Below are positions 1 through 12,129 of a stretch of 64,000 nt of DNA, in pieces; position 1 is the stretch's first letter, and every line of letters starts with the position of its first letter. The DNA is taken from positions 117,924,001 through 117,988,000 of the forward strand of contig NC_042998.1 of assembly GCF_006345805.1 (NCBI RefSeq), read 5' to 3'. Under the pieces are notes generated by a model. The model saw nothing but the letters and a program-made list of their open reading frames with translations, was not told where the DNA came from and searched no databases. The translations under genes and the position numbers were made by a program. The DNA is from Octopus sinensis. Lineage: Eukaryota.

Positions 1-530
1 CTCTCACATCGATGTTGCAAATCAGCATCGCCTTCATATTTGAACTTCACTTGACACACTTGTTTTGGATGTGGTAACATTGAATGCTTTCATTGAACTG
101 ATTGCCGCTTCGTTTCCGGGTCGTAGCCGTAGCACCAGCTTTTGTCACCAGGGATGACCTTCGAACTGTAATTCCAGTTCAGCACATGTATTCAGTCGTG
201 AATACTTTTGATCTTCCGTGAGCAAGCGAGGCACAAAGTTTGCTGCAACTCTTTTCATTCGTAATTCCTCACTCAAAATTTGTTGGCAGGAGCTCTAGGA
301 CACACCAGCCATATCAACAATTCTGTCATTTCTTTGGTGACGGCCCTCGAAGATTAGTCGAAGAATTGTCCTGTTTTCATTGGATCAGGAGGTCGACGGT
401 CGTCCTAATCCAAGTTGGTCTTCAAGCGACAAGCGAGCAATCCTAAAGTGTGAAAACCACTCGTAAATCTGTGTTTTGCTCTTAGCAGCGTCCTTGTAAG
501 CTGTCTGAAGCATGTAAACTATTTTAGATA
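1..530 (-). mobile_element. Degenerate mariner transposase remnant (runs off the window start)
   Basis: Manual minus-strand translation gives ...MLQTAYKDAAKSKTQIYEWFSHF..., LGRPSTS and ...ILSEELRMKRVAANFVPRLLTEDQKYSRL..., typical of the mariner HTH and linker. Several stops and frameshifts. Confidence 0.75.
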
Positions 531-1244
531 TCCCTTCGTATATTTGTTACTAAGTGTAGTTCACAATGGACGTTTTAAGTAGAGTACACTGCGTAAGACG
601 ACACTATATTCCATTTCAAGAATTGTGACGTTACCTTAATTTAGTATTTGGTATTTACCTGCATAGAAATGTATGCCTCTATGTTGTATATTTGTATGTA
701 TGTGTGAATATTACGAATATATAGGTATGCGTGTGGTATATATATTATTTGGGACATCTATGTATATTATTTTGTAATTTATTTTCAAAGTATTTTTTTT
801 TTATTTCAATACTCTGATAAAAATGAATTTTATTTTATTTTTGAAGTGTCATATCAAAGTATACACACAAAGTCACCGATAGTTGTTTATTGCTTTAGAT
901 ATAATTCCACAGAAAGTTTGGTCACATATTTTCTGTCACCTCTCTACGGATTTGGATTTTGAAATAGTTTTCATTTCCCAACCGATTTCCATGCTCAAGC
1001 GTTTGTGTTGTCACCAGACACACCGGAGTTACTAGTTGGATTAGATTTTGTTTTACTTTTATAGCAAAAACAAAGTAGCGCTTCACATATATGCCACAGA
1101 ATATTAAATAGTACAAAAACCAGTACGTAAATCAAAATCGTTTCAAGATCAAAACACATTGATTATGTACGAGAGAAAGCGTAACAAAATAGAAAAATGT
1201 GAAATTAGGAACAAAAACTTGACGCAAATAAGCACGCATACATA

Positions 1245-1438
<194 letters not shown>

Positions 1439-1540
1439 ATAAAAATGGTAAGACTACAAAAGAAAGAAAGAGACCTCGATATTATGTGAATAGAGGAATT
1501 TATCTGTAAATGTAATATGTGACAATTATTCGGTAGCCAT

Positions 1541-1602
1541 GATAAAACTCCGAGTTTCTGACGCCGAAGTGGAAATCCACGCCGCCATCTCTACAGTTAT
1601 CT
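1541..1602 (-). ncRNA. Hammerhead-ribozyme-like motif (variant core) in a PLE-type repeat
   Basis: Minus strand: AGATAA-CTGTAGA-stem II (GATGGCG...CGGCGTC)-A-GAAAC-TCGGA-GT-T-TTATC. Stem I AGATAA/TTATC; core has A6->U. Homologous copy at 31292-31354. Confidence 0.55.
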
Positions 1603-2140
1603 GGCCACCTTTTCAGATGGCCAGGTAACTGAATATATATATATGCAAGAATTAGCATTTAGAAGTTGACCTTTGGTATTAAAAGCTATTAGTTTAACTG
1701 TAGTTAAATACATTTCAGTTTGTTATTTTTAAGTTAATTTGCATTTATCTCCTCCCGTTTAACAAGCACCGTCAACATGATTTAGAGTTTTTCGAAGGAT
1801 TATAGACAGTAGAAAAAGGAAAAGGAAAAATGCTCATTAAGTCTTTAGGCTTACATTTTTCTGCTTACATTTTTGTCCTTGAAGGTTCCACGTGTGTATA
1901 CATTTCGTCAATTAAATGAATCGAGTAATGAGAAAATGACTAGTTGCCTTGTGATCTTAGCCGAAAGAGTTATGCCTGGTAGTAATATCCGGTGTCGTCA
2001 ATTGTTATAAATAATGTTGTCTCAGACGGATAGATAAGTCCCTATGGTTACAAATAACGACATTATTAAAAATTAAAGATGCTCTTAAAAGTTTAAGTGA
2101 GATATACGGTATAAATTTGATTTACGCAAAAGGTAAAATA

Positions 2141-2191
2141 CCCGTAACCATGTGGTTCGGAAGCTCGCTTCTTACCACATAGCCACACCTG
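2141..2191 (-). mobile_element. 5' head fragment of tRNA-derived SINE (family of 7908-8322)
   Basis: Reverse complement CAGGTGTGGCTATGTGGTAAGAAGCGAGCTTCCGAACCACATGGTTACGGG resembles the head of the full copy. Confidence 0.6.
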
Positions 2192-2218
2192 TATGTATAT
2201 GTATATATGTATGTACGA

Positions 2219-2381
2219 ATGAATGAATGCAGGTATGTGAATTTCTGGGTGCATGCACAGCATTCTATGTGCATAAGCAAGATTTTATAGTAGTACATTT
2301 TAATTTTGAATGCATAAGAAATTTAAACCAAATTGATATTGATTTTCATATTTGCCCTGAGGAATTCAATTAATTAATTAT

Positions 2382-2423
<42 letters not shown>

Positions 2424-2648
2424 TATATATATCGATATTGCAAAAAGGGAACCTGTCGGAATTTTGGATAATACCTTATTAGCACTTTCGTTCGTTGAAT
2501 TGAATTCCTCAGGGCAAATATGAAAACCAAGATCAATTTTGTTTAAATTTCTTATGCATTCAAAATTAAAATGTACTACTATAAAATCTTGCTTATGCAC
2601 ATAGAATGTCGTGCATGCACCCAGAAATTCACATACCTGCACTCATTC

Positions 2649-2650
<2 letters not shown>
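2219..2650. repeat. Fold-back/MITE-like element with ~150-bp inverted arms
   Basis: 2219-2371 is a near-perfect reverse complement of 2498-2650; the spacer contains (TA)n. Confidence 0.85.
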
Positions 2651-2692
<42 letters not shown>

Positions 2693-3569
2693 GGAGGTGG
2701 AGAGAGACAGAGAGACGCGGATAGACAGATAAATTAATCAACACCCTGTGTTACGTCAAATGTAACTAATGTATTTACTGCATGATTGTGGGGAGATAAA
2801 GACTGAATCACTATACCAGTGTTTCTACTCATGAAAGTGGTGTGAGCAATGTGTACAGCCTTCAACGCTCAAGAATTACACTGCTTATATACCCAATAAT
2901 AATAAAAGGTTAATTGAAACTATCAATTCGCATATTTAACACTACTTTGTGAACGAGATCGAACATTAAATTACTGGTGTGTTAACAGTGTTTTGTTTTC
3001 TTGCTATAACGTATTATAGAAATTATCTATAGATTTTGTAATCAATACTGTTATGAGTTTGTTAATCAATGTGTCTGCAGTATGTTTGTGAACAGAAATA
3101 CAGGAAATAGTAACTCGCACGTTTCCTCTCTAGTAGGAGCCGTCCTATGTGATTGTGTAACATTCTCGTCCACAATAATATTGCTTGCAAATCTTCTAAT
3201 GTTACAAGTGAAAATAACATATAGTAGACAATTCTTTAGGCTTCACAGTTCCTATTGAAGTGTATTTATGTACGACACTATCTTCCTATCCCTTCATCTT
3301 GTTCACTTTCCCTGTATGTATGGCTTATACGTGGGGCAGCATAGATTTGAGAAGGTGGAGCAGTTTCCGTGTCTTTATATATATACATGAATTCATGGTA
3401 CGACAGGCAAGTTCAAATATATGGGACTAATCACAGTTCTGTCGCTAATTAAGTTGCTAATTAATATTTTTGATGGAAAGTGCACCATGCTCTAACACCT
3501 GTATAGTATTTAGATTTGTACTTCCCACTATATGCAGTTGTCATAAATACTTGAACTATTCAAAGAAAA

Positions 3570-5031
3570 CTAGAGCAGGCGTACCCGGCGTTGCCCGGGG
3601 TTGTCTGTTTCTTTATTACAACATAATGGCAGATATTCCATGCGTTGTTTGATTTATTTAGCGCAATAGGGAATAAGCAGAATCATACGCCCACACTATT
3701 GTCATTGTTTTACATCGGGTCGATCTGTAAAAACTCGGCAGTAATTGAGTTTAATTTCCTTACCACATATCTGCTCACATGTGCTGTTTAGCAGATGGAA
3801 AGGTTGAACCGAAAGGTATGACATAAAAGGGAAATAGTATGTTTACCTTCTGTTTCGCTGGGTTGCACATACAACATTATCCATAGCGCGCGCAGCAGCA
3901 TTTGATGCAGCATCTCTTGTAAGTCGAACTGCGGGCTACGCTGCAATCTCTACAACTCTTGCAGCAACAGTTAAGGAAGCATCTCTTGTAAGTCGATATG
4001 CGCGTTGTGCTGCAGTCTGTGGAGCTCGTGCAGCAACAGTAGAGGAAGTATTTCTTGTTCGGCGTGCTGAACGTTGCTCGTTGCCCTGAGCGGCTCGTTG
4101 CGCAGCAATACTGTCTAACCTATCACAATGCTGCTAATCACTTTCACTTCTTAGCGCTGAAGTCATCCTAAGTGCATTGAGAGACTTTCTCCAGGCAGCG
4201 TCCTCAGCAGATTCATTTGAACGTATACATTTACTTTTCTTTGCAGTATTTGTTTGCCGACCTATATAGGATCATTTGCGTCGGGGCATGGTAGAAAATT
4301 ATCGGTTTACGCAAAAGAAAAAAGCCTACGGAAAAAAAGCGGTGTGTAACACCCCAAAAATAGTAAAATGTAGCTGGCAAAAATGCTAATCAAACAGACC
4401 GAATTAAGGATTTTTAATTTGGGGTAAGAGTTTTGAAGTGGCTAGTTTAAGTTGGATGTGAAAAAGAGCGCTCACGTGAAAACGGAGGCAAATGGTAACA
4501 CACAAATTAATACTGCTGGCAGTACTATGCAAGCAGTTGATAAGTAAAGTATTGAATTTTGCCAGCTGGGTGTGTTTCACGTTTTTTCGCTTGCTCAAGC
4601 CAAATCCCAGGCGATTTGAGAGTAATCTATTTATGTTGGGGGGAGGCGGAATTTCGAAGAAACATTTATAAGAAAAATCGTCCTAAGTTAAAGAGAGCAT
4701 ACATGTCAAATTTGGTGCAATTCGATTGAAAATGATAGTAGTAAACGTGGTTCACACAGCACACACACTGACAGACGGATAACTTGCCTTTTAATATAAA
4801 ATATGAATCGCGTACCATTCCAGAGACGTGGGGGGTTTCAGATCTTAGGCGAATTGAGAGTAGTCTATTTATGTTGGGACGCTGAATATCGAGAACAAAA
4901 TTATAAGAAAAAGCGTCATATGTCAAAATGAGTACACGTGTCAAATTTGGTGCAAATTCGGTTGAAAATTGTAAGAGTAGTAGTAGTTCACACAACACAC
5001 AGAGAAACAACTTGCCTTTTAATATATCAGA
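3570..5031 (-). mobile_element. Internally deleted Helitron
   Basis: 3' end: CCCGG-GCAACG-CCGGG hairpin (3584-3599), then CTAG (3570-3573) followed by T. 5' end: A|TC-TGATATATTAAAAGG at 5031. Decayed Rep/Hel N-terminus MPRRK*SYIGRQTNTAKKSKCIRSNES... with RA..T..QR..RL repeats (about 3830-4288). Confidence 0.75.
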
Positions 5032-5302
5032 TATAGCCTCATCGCCACAATACTCATTAAAATGTGTGCTCATTGCCACGAACATCTCGCAAAACTACGC
5101 CTATCTTTCTGTACCAAATTCATTGCCAGCATGCACTATTCTTGGAATATAAATCTTCCAAATATAGAGCTTCAAAATACGATGAACCTTTGATTTTGAA
5201 TTTGCTTTTGCACGCCTGGCTTTAGTCAGTCGCGTAACGTATCTCGTTGCATTTCGACTGTTTTCGAGAATTATCGTCAAGTAGAACAAATATACATACA
5301 TA

Positions 5303-5340
<38 letters not shown>

Positions 5341-5434
5341 CAAACATATAAATATATATATATTATATATATATATATATTTATATATGTTTGTATGTAT
5401 ATATATACATATATATATGTATGTATATGTATTA

Positions 5435-5465
<31 letters not shown>

Positions 5466-5884
5466 CGTGTATATATATGTATATATATATATATATATAT
5501 AATTATATATATATATATATTATATATATATATATATATGTAAATATATATATGTACACACACTTACCAAGGTTGAGTACATCACTATTTTTCTAAAATA
5601 AATATTTCATACTTTACACATATTGATGACATGTTTATTAACGAGCCATTTATTTACTTTTTATTTTTTTTTTGTTTATGATGTGAATATAAACCAGATA
5701 ATTGCCTATTTTTCTTAATTACAAGCTGATGCCCAATGGAAACAATTTTTCTATGTCATGATTGTATATACTGAAGCCATTTATATTTTGTAACGGCAAA
5801 AGTCTTGGTATGCAGTGTTAAGTGTTATATAAATTATAGCTTTCATTATATTGCTGTAATTACTGTGTAATATATGTTTATTTA

Positions 5885-6144
5885 TATTATTTACATTTGA
5901 CGGATATTAGTCCTCATCTTGTTTGTTTTTAACACAGGATTTCGTCTGATATACCCTCCAGCCTTCATCAGGTGTGTTGGGGAAATTTCGGAACTGGGTT
6001 CTCATTCCCAAGTTATTTTTCGATGTTCTAGTTGTGTTGTTGTTGTTGTTGTTGTGTTGTTGTTGTTGTTCTTCTTCTTCTTCTTCTTCTCTTCTTCTTC
6101 TTCTTCTCTTCTTCTTCTTCTTACTATTTGTATTATTATTATTA

Positions 6145-6196
<52 letters not shown>

Positions 6197-6198
6197 CA

Positions 6199-6230
<32 letters not shown>

Positions 6231-6313
6231 CATTATTAATATTAATATTATTATTATTATTATTATTCGGAATCTTGCGGTTAGTATCCCGCGCTCTTAA
6301 CCACTGCGCCACG
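5885..6313 (-). mobile_element. tRNA-derived SINE with internal trinucleotide microsatellite and hammerhead-like tail
   Basis: Head TGGCGCAGTGGTTAAGAGCGCGGG (A box) followed by (AAT)n/(GAA)n/(CAA)n, then a tail matching 55317-55495. Confidence 0.7.
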
Positions 6314-6383
6314 GGCATATGCCGTAATGGTTTAGATTGGGGGCTACTAACCTCAAGATTCCGAGTTCGATTCCAGGCATTGA

Positions 6384-6474
<91 letters not shown>

Positions 6475-6550
6475 GATAAATATCCATCAAATGTACATAA
6501 TGTAAATAATGTAAATAATGTACATAATTCCTCATCTCTTAAATATAGAA
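6313..6550 (+). mobile_element. Second copy of the same SINE family, head-to-head, tail partly deleted
   Basis: GGGCATATGCCGTAATGG...GAGTTCGATTCC (B box)...GACCTG-(AAT)n-GAGGATAAATATCCATCAAATG. Confidence 0.7.
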
Positions 6551-7061
6551 CTATATATGTTTATATATCCTAATGCACAGTCATTCAATTACAAGTAACT
6601 TAAAAATCTTTAGCTATCAAATTACCTCTTAGATAAAGGTAAAATAGTAAACTTTAGTGATATATCATCACATCTTAATGCCAGGCAATATTACACTTTC
6701 CAGAAGCCAAACAAGCGTCTCCAATATGTGCATAAACACTGTAGTCATTCAAATATTATCAATAACGTAATGAAATCTGATTCAGAACCTTTCAGCAAAT
6801 GAACAAACATTTTGATATCGAAAATTAAAACGAAGCCTTAAGTAAATTAATGTTAAGGAGAAAATTAGGTATATATATATGTGTGTGTGTGTTTGTGTGT
6901 TTGTGTGTGTTTGTGTGTGTGTGTGTATGAATGTATGAATGTATGTATGTATGTATGTGCATATGTGTGTATATATGCATGTATGTATAAATTCAAAACC
7001 GAGGCAGAACGTGTATCGCAAATCATTTAGAATAATCTAACTCAGATAAGGTGAATTTGAA

Positions 7062-7136
7062 GTCTTACAGACGTTTCTGGGATAACCCTAAATGTAGGTT
7101 AGCATTCCATGCACTGGCTATTCCATCATCAGAGAC
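7062..7136 (-). ncRNA. Type I hammerhead ribozyme with intact catalytic core
   Basis: Minus strand: GTCT-CTGATGA-TGGAATA...TATCCCA-GAAAC-GTCT-GT-A-AGAC. Stem I GTCT/AGAC, GUA cleavage triplet, 2-bp stem III. Confidence 0.7.
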
Positions 7137-7626
7137 AAGGTATGAATATTTTAGACGGAAAAATTTACTGTATACAAGGAGTAAAATTTACAGTTCATAA
7201 GGATTGAAATAGAAGAATAAATGAGTAAAAGAGAAGAATAAAGAGTGAAAGTAATTAGAAGTATATAAGGAGAAAAATAATGTTCACAGCTCATCTTTTT
7301 CCATAGGATATGGATGTTGGTCGGTTTTTCCATGAGGGTACAAACAAGTCTTTAGTTAAAATACCAGTTAAATCCTGGCAGTATTTTGGTAGTATTCTGA
7401 ATGATGTATTCATATTGTAAATGCGTATATAGTGCGAAAAATTACGATGGACATAAATAGGTTTTGTGAATGGATGTCTGGAGAGAGAAAGGAGAAAAAG
7501 AGATAGATAGGAAAAAGAATAAAAAGTAAGATAGTGGTATTAGGGTAAAAATAATAATAAAATGCAAATAAAATTTTTAAAAAAGTTATAGTAATAACAA
7601 TAATAAAAAGAGTGAAGGTAATGAAT
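7062..7626 (-). repeat. PLE pLTR/retrozyme-like repeat
   Basis: Homologous to 12130-12860 (+) and partly to 8325-8480 (-); ends in a hammerhead plus GTAAGAC. Confidence 0.6.
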
Positions 7627-7887
7627 ATAATTAGTTCGGATGTTTTCTGGGACCAAATTCCACAATGTGTCTATATTGATGATTGGGCAATAATGATGAT
7701 GTTTTAACAAATGGTAATGTCGCATACCAAAATAACCAGGATGGTATTTATCGAAGTTTATTCGGTGATGCAGCAAACCACCAGCATTACCTCAACCACC
7801 AGGATGCTACCTGTGTCTTCCAAGTCGACCGTGTCCGTGACTCACGTGTCCTCTTAATTTTCTTGTCTTCTTCCTTTTTGTGGCCAT
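7627..7887 (-). pseudogene. RPL27A: 60S ribosomal protein L27a processed pseudogene, 3'-truncated
   Basis: [58 protein letters not shown]...[11 protein letters not shown]. Two in-frame stops, KVG deleted, no introns, pyrimidine-rich (TOP-like) leader; ends near residue 87. Confidence 0.92.
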
Positions 7888-7907
7888 TATGAGAGAGAAC
7901 TCAAAAA

Positions 7908-8322
7908 GGCGCAGGAGTGGCTGTGTGGTAAGTAGCTTGCTTACCAACCACATGGTTCCGGGTTCAGTCCCACTGCGTGGCACCTTGGGCAAGTGTCTTC
8001 TGCTATGGCCTCGGGCCGGCCAAAGCCTTGTGAGTGGATTTGCTAGACGGAAACTGAAAGAAGCCCGTCGTATATATGTATATATATATATGTGTGTGCG
8101 TGTGTGTTTGTGTGTCTGTGTTTGTCCCCCTAGCATTGCTTGACAACCGATGCTGGTGTGTTTATGTCCCTGTCACTTAGTGGTTCGGCAAAAGAGACCA
8201 ATAGGATAAGTACTGGGCTTACAAAGAATAAGTCCCGGGGTCGAGTTGCTCAATTAAAGGTGGTGCTCCAGCATGGCCGCAGTCAAATGACTAAAACAAG
8301 TAAAAGAGAAAAAGAGAAAAAG
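7908..8322 (+). mobile_element. Full-length tRNA-derived SINE (octopus-type)
   Basis: A box TGGCTGTGTGG, B box GGTTCAGTCCC, internal (TA)/(TG), tail GGTGGTGCTCCAGCATGGCCGCAGTCAAATGACTAAAAC, (AAAAGAG)n end. Serves as the empty-site reference for 37952-43255. Confidence 0.9.
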
Positions 8323-9069
8323 AGATAATGAATAGATATATCATGAACGTGTTTTGTGAGTGAGAGTGAATGGGAGAGGAGAGAAAGCGAGAGAGAGGAA
8401 AAGATGAATAAAAATAAAAATAACAGGGTAAAAAAATAAATAAAAGTAAAGGTGATGATATAGATATGTCAGTATTGTATATGGGTTAGATGTCAATCAA
8501 TAAAGTTTCAGTAGAGTGTGAGTGGAAGGCCAACCTAGGTAATGTTACAAGGACAATAGTTTAGTGCAGATATATAAAATTGTATTCCAAGCAATTAAGT
8601 GCTATGAGATAACGTATTGAGAAATAACTAAAAAATCTAAATTAAAATTAGAACTTAAAATTTAAAACCTAAACTTAAAATAAACTAAGAAAACTAAAAT
8701 CCAAAAAGCTACAGAAACTAAAAATTATTGAGTTGAAACTATCTAGTTTCTAAGATACTTATGTAGAGAGGTAGGGGGAAATAAAGAGTATACGCACAAA
8801 CACACACGCACATACATATATATATATACATCATATACGCGCGTAACTGTGTAAATAAAACGCACACATACACACATACTGATATATGACCTACGTTGGA
8901 CTTTTCATTCACATAATTACCTAACTTGGAGCTTAACTATAGTCTGGTCATAGCACTTACTCAGTATTACTTGACACCGTTGGGTCTTCTTGACATCATT
9001 ACCTTTCATAACCTCAATTTCTCGCTGTTATAAGCACTTATCTCAGGTAACGCTTCAATAATGGATAAA

Positions 9070-9650
9070 CAATTCCTTGGCATTTCTCTTAAGGATACTC
9101 CTATTCCTTCACAAAAAGACTTTCCTGTTACTCCTCCTTACCAAAGCTAAAGGACCTCATCCGAAGAATGAGATGGACAGTTTTCTCCCGCGACAATCAA
9201 ATATGCAGTAATGACATTAATACCAACAGCTATAACCTCAAATCATATAAGAACCCCCCACATAACCCCCATCTCGAAACATTTTAAGCGGATATGATTA
9301 CTTAAAAAAAAAACTCGATTCAATAACACCGCTTAGAAACTCTATGCTTGGAATGACCAATTTTAAATACTATTGGAACTTACTCACGAGGTACTGGAAT
9401 CTTATATGTATACCAGTCTTCCTAAATAATGGAACTGAAGATACATTATCCCTGCATATCTCATGTCTATTTTCATTCCTCTACTTCACTCTCTATTTCA
9501 TATCTTATCTAGAATAACCATTGCTTAACCATATTCTCAAACTGACTCCGATGAAGGGATGTATAAAATATCCCGGGAAACCGCTGTAAGACGTATTTAT
9601 AAATGTTCTGAAATCCTTCACAGCCTTGGATTTTTATCTCATTCTGTTAT
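9070..9650 (+). mobile_element. Degenerate Penelope-like element fragment with hammerhead-like motif
   Basis: SLKDTPIPSQKD...DLIRRMRW and YNLKSYKNPP match PLE ORF N-termini. Motif at 9544-9592: CCGATGA-AGGGAT..ATCCC-GG-GAAAC-CGCT-GTA-AGAC (U4->C). Confidence 0.6.
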
Positions 9651-10364
9651 TGTTTTATATATACATACATACATACATACGTACACACATGTACACATAT
9701 ACATAAATATTTATATATATATGTATTGTAACAATCGGGGAAGGAGGAGTTATGCGGGTTGTGTTTCTTTACATTGGGACATATGGAAGAATTTTAGGGT
9801 TCGATAGAACCTATTACAATATGTAGAAAAAGCTCTGTTTTGTTTATTCGTTAATTGCACTAAAATATATATTAATATTTTGAAGGCTTCCTTTAGGTAT
9901 AGTCCACAAGAGGATCGCTGGCATTTGTATGGGGCCCCGAAATCTATTCTAGCCCAGGATATCGTATATGGTATCATTCTATTTATTAGAAGGTGTCTGT
10001 TGTTGGCTAGGGAGGTAGATTTCTTATGCTCCACATACTTCCATGATTTTATATGTGAAAAATATTTCTGTTTAAAACTAAAAGCAGACTTGAGATACTA
10101 GTTAGCGGAATTATACAATATGTTGTGGGCCGTGCATTTGTATACTACGTTAAACCTTCTGCAATGGGTTTGCAGCGAGCATTCGGTCGCAGATCGGTAG
10201 TTACAGCTATCAGTCATACGAGTGCTATAAGTGGAAAAGGATAGATGGAGTACTATTTATAGAGAAATTAGAATTAAGGATGTTAGAATGGGATTTTATA
10301 GTTATAGTTATTTTATAGTTATTTTTGTTGTTGTTGCTGCTGCTGTTCTTATTATTATTATTTG

Positions 10365-12060
10365 CAACCTTAAAAAGGTTTATTGGGAGAAATTAAACCA
10401 AGAAAGGAAAAATGTCAAGGAAATTCTGAAATACATCAAAACAATCAACATCACAGAAACAAATAAGTTGATCAAGGCAGCAACTATTGTAGTAGCAGAA
10501 AATGTGGGTGTTGATGTGAAGAAAAAGAAACATAACATAATGGAAGTGACAAAAGAAAAGATCCGTGGTGGAAAAGAAAAATACAGGCAAGGTTAGACAT
10601 GCTCTCGAAGGAGATCGCTGTGTTAGACCGAAAAAAGAAAGGGTTGCTTAAAGCGAACAAAAAGAGAGAGAGCTGAAAAGGAAGTATAATATTGAAAGAA
10701 ATGGCCTGAAAGTAGTAGTGGAGGAACTGAAACAGCGCCTCGTAGCAAATAAAGCAAAGATGCTAAGATACGACCAAATAATGAAGGGTTACCACCAGAA
10801 TAGGTTATTCAAAGTAGATCAGAAGAGATTCTCTAAAGAAATAAATTGAGAGTGTACAGATGAAAAGTCGATACCAGATAACATTGAAAGTCAAATGTTT
10901 TGGTGTGACATCTGGAGCAAAGTCAAGTAGCACAAGAAGGATGCTGAATGGTTGCAAGAACTGACACATAAAGTAGGCTTTCCAAAACAGGCAAGAGTAG
11001 TCATTTCAGTTAGGTAAGTGAAGGATATCAGAAACAAATGAGCAACTGGAAGGCCCTGGGACCAGATGGTGTTCAAGGCTACTACTGGATTTGACGAATG
11101 TCATGCATTAATATCTGCGCAACTCAACACCTTAGTAAAAAACCAGGGTGGTTGACATTGGGTAGGGCAGTGCCGTGCCTGAAAAACATCGAAAAAGGCA
11201 ATACGGTAGACAATTACATGCCGATATCCTGTTTGCCACTTATGCGGAAGTTACTGACTAGGATACTCTCAGAGTCAATATACGAACATCTGGAAAAATG
11301 TAGTCCTGCAACATCAGCAAAAGGGTTACAAGCATAAGTGCAGAGGTACCAAGGATCAACTCACGGTAGACAAAACTGTACTTAGAGACTGCAAGAGGAG
11401 GAAAATTAATTTAGCCATGTTAGGGATCTACTATCGTAAGCCGTACGATTTGATCACACATCCTTGGATTATAGGGTTTATGAACCTATTTGGTATTGCT
11501 AGGGAAAATATGGCGAATTGGAGGACGGACCTGACAGCATACGGAAGAAGTTTAGGGAAAGTATAAATTAAGAGGGGCATGTTCCGAGGGGACTGTCTTC
11601 ACCACTTTCACTGGTTCTGAAGAAAATACAAGCTGGGTATGTATTCAAAAGCCGTCAACAAAAAAGTCAACAATTTGTTATTCATGGATTACCTTCAACT
11701 TTATGGTAAAGATGAAGCCCAAGCCAGTTCCATCGTTGATACGGTGTATACCTTTAGTGCTGATAATTAAACTGACGGATTTAGATCAACACCTGGGCGG
11801 TTTCACTCCTTAGATATGGAACAGGGATAATCACATTGACAGTAGACAAACTAAACAGCTTAGACAGAAATAGAAGGAAGGTACAAACTGGATATGGGTC
11901 ACTCCACACAAAAAGTGACAGACAGACTATAGCTGCCAAGAAAAAGAGGGGAAGAGGACTGATTGGATGCGAACACAGTGTTAGAGTAGAAAAAAACAAA
12001 ATGCCACAGAACCGCTATTATAAGAAGGTCAGGCTTGTGTAGGATGAAACATTGCAAAGA
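10365..12060 (+). mobile_element. Degenerate R4/Dong-type LINE (RT region)
   Basis: ORF pieces including NIEKGNTVDNYMPISCLPLMRKLLT; many stops. Paralogous to 45680-47030. Confidence 0.8.
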
Positions 12061-12129
12061 TAAAGCGCTATACAAGAATAAGTATACGAATGAAACTGAA
12101 AAAAGGTGGGTAAAGAAAAAGAATGCATA

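Noticed and set aside
6268-6390. tRNA genes (also 7908, 15149, 51280-51345, 58263)
   Set aside because: A/B boxes are present but there is no complete cloverleaf, and SINE bodies follow; these are SINE heads.
5907-6573. Poly-I/N/L/Y ORFs (also 14820-15112, 17851-18195, 46960-47266)
   Set aside because: Trinucleotide microsatellite translations.
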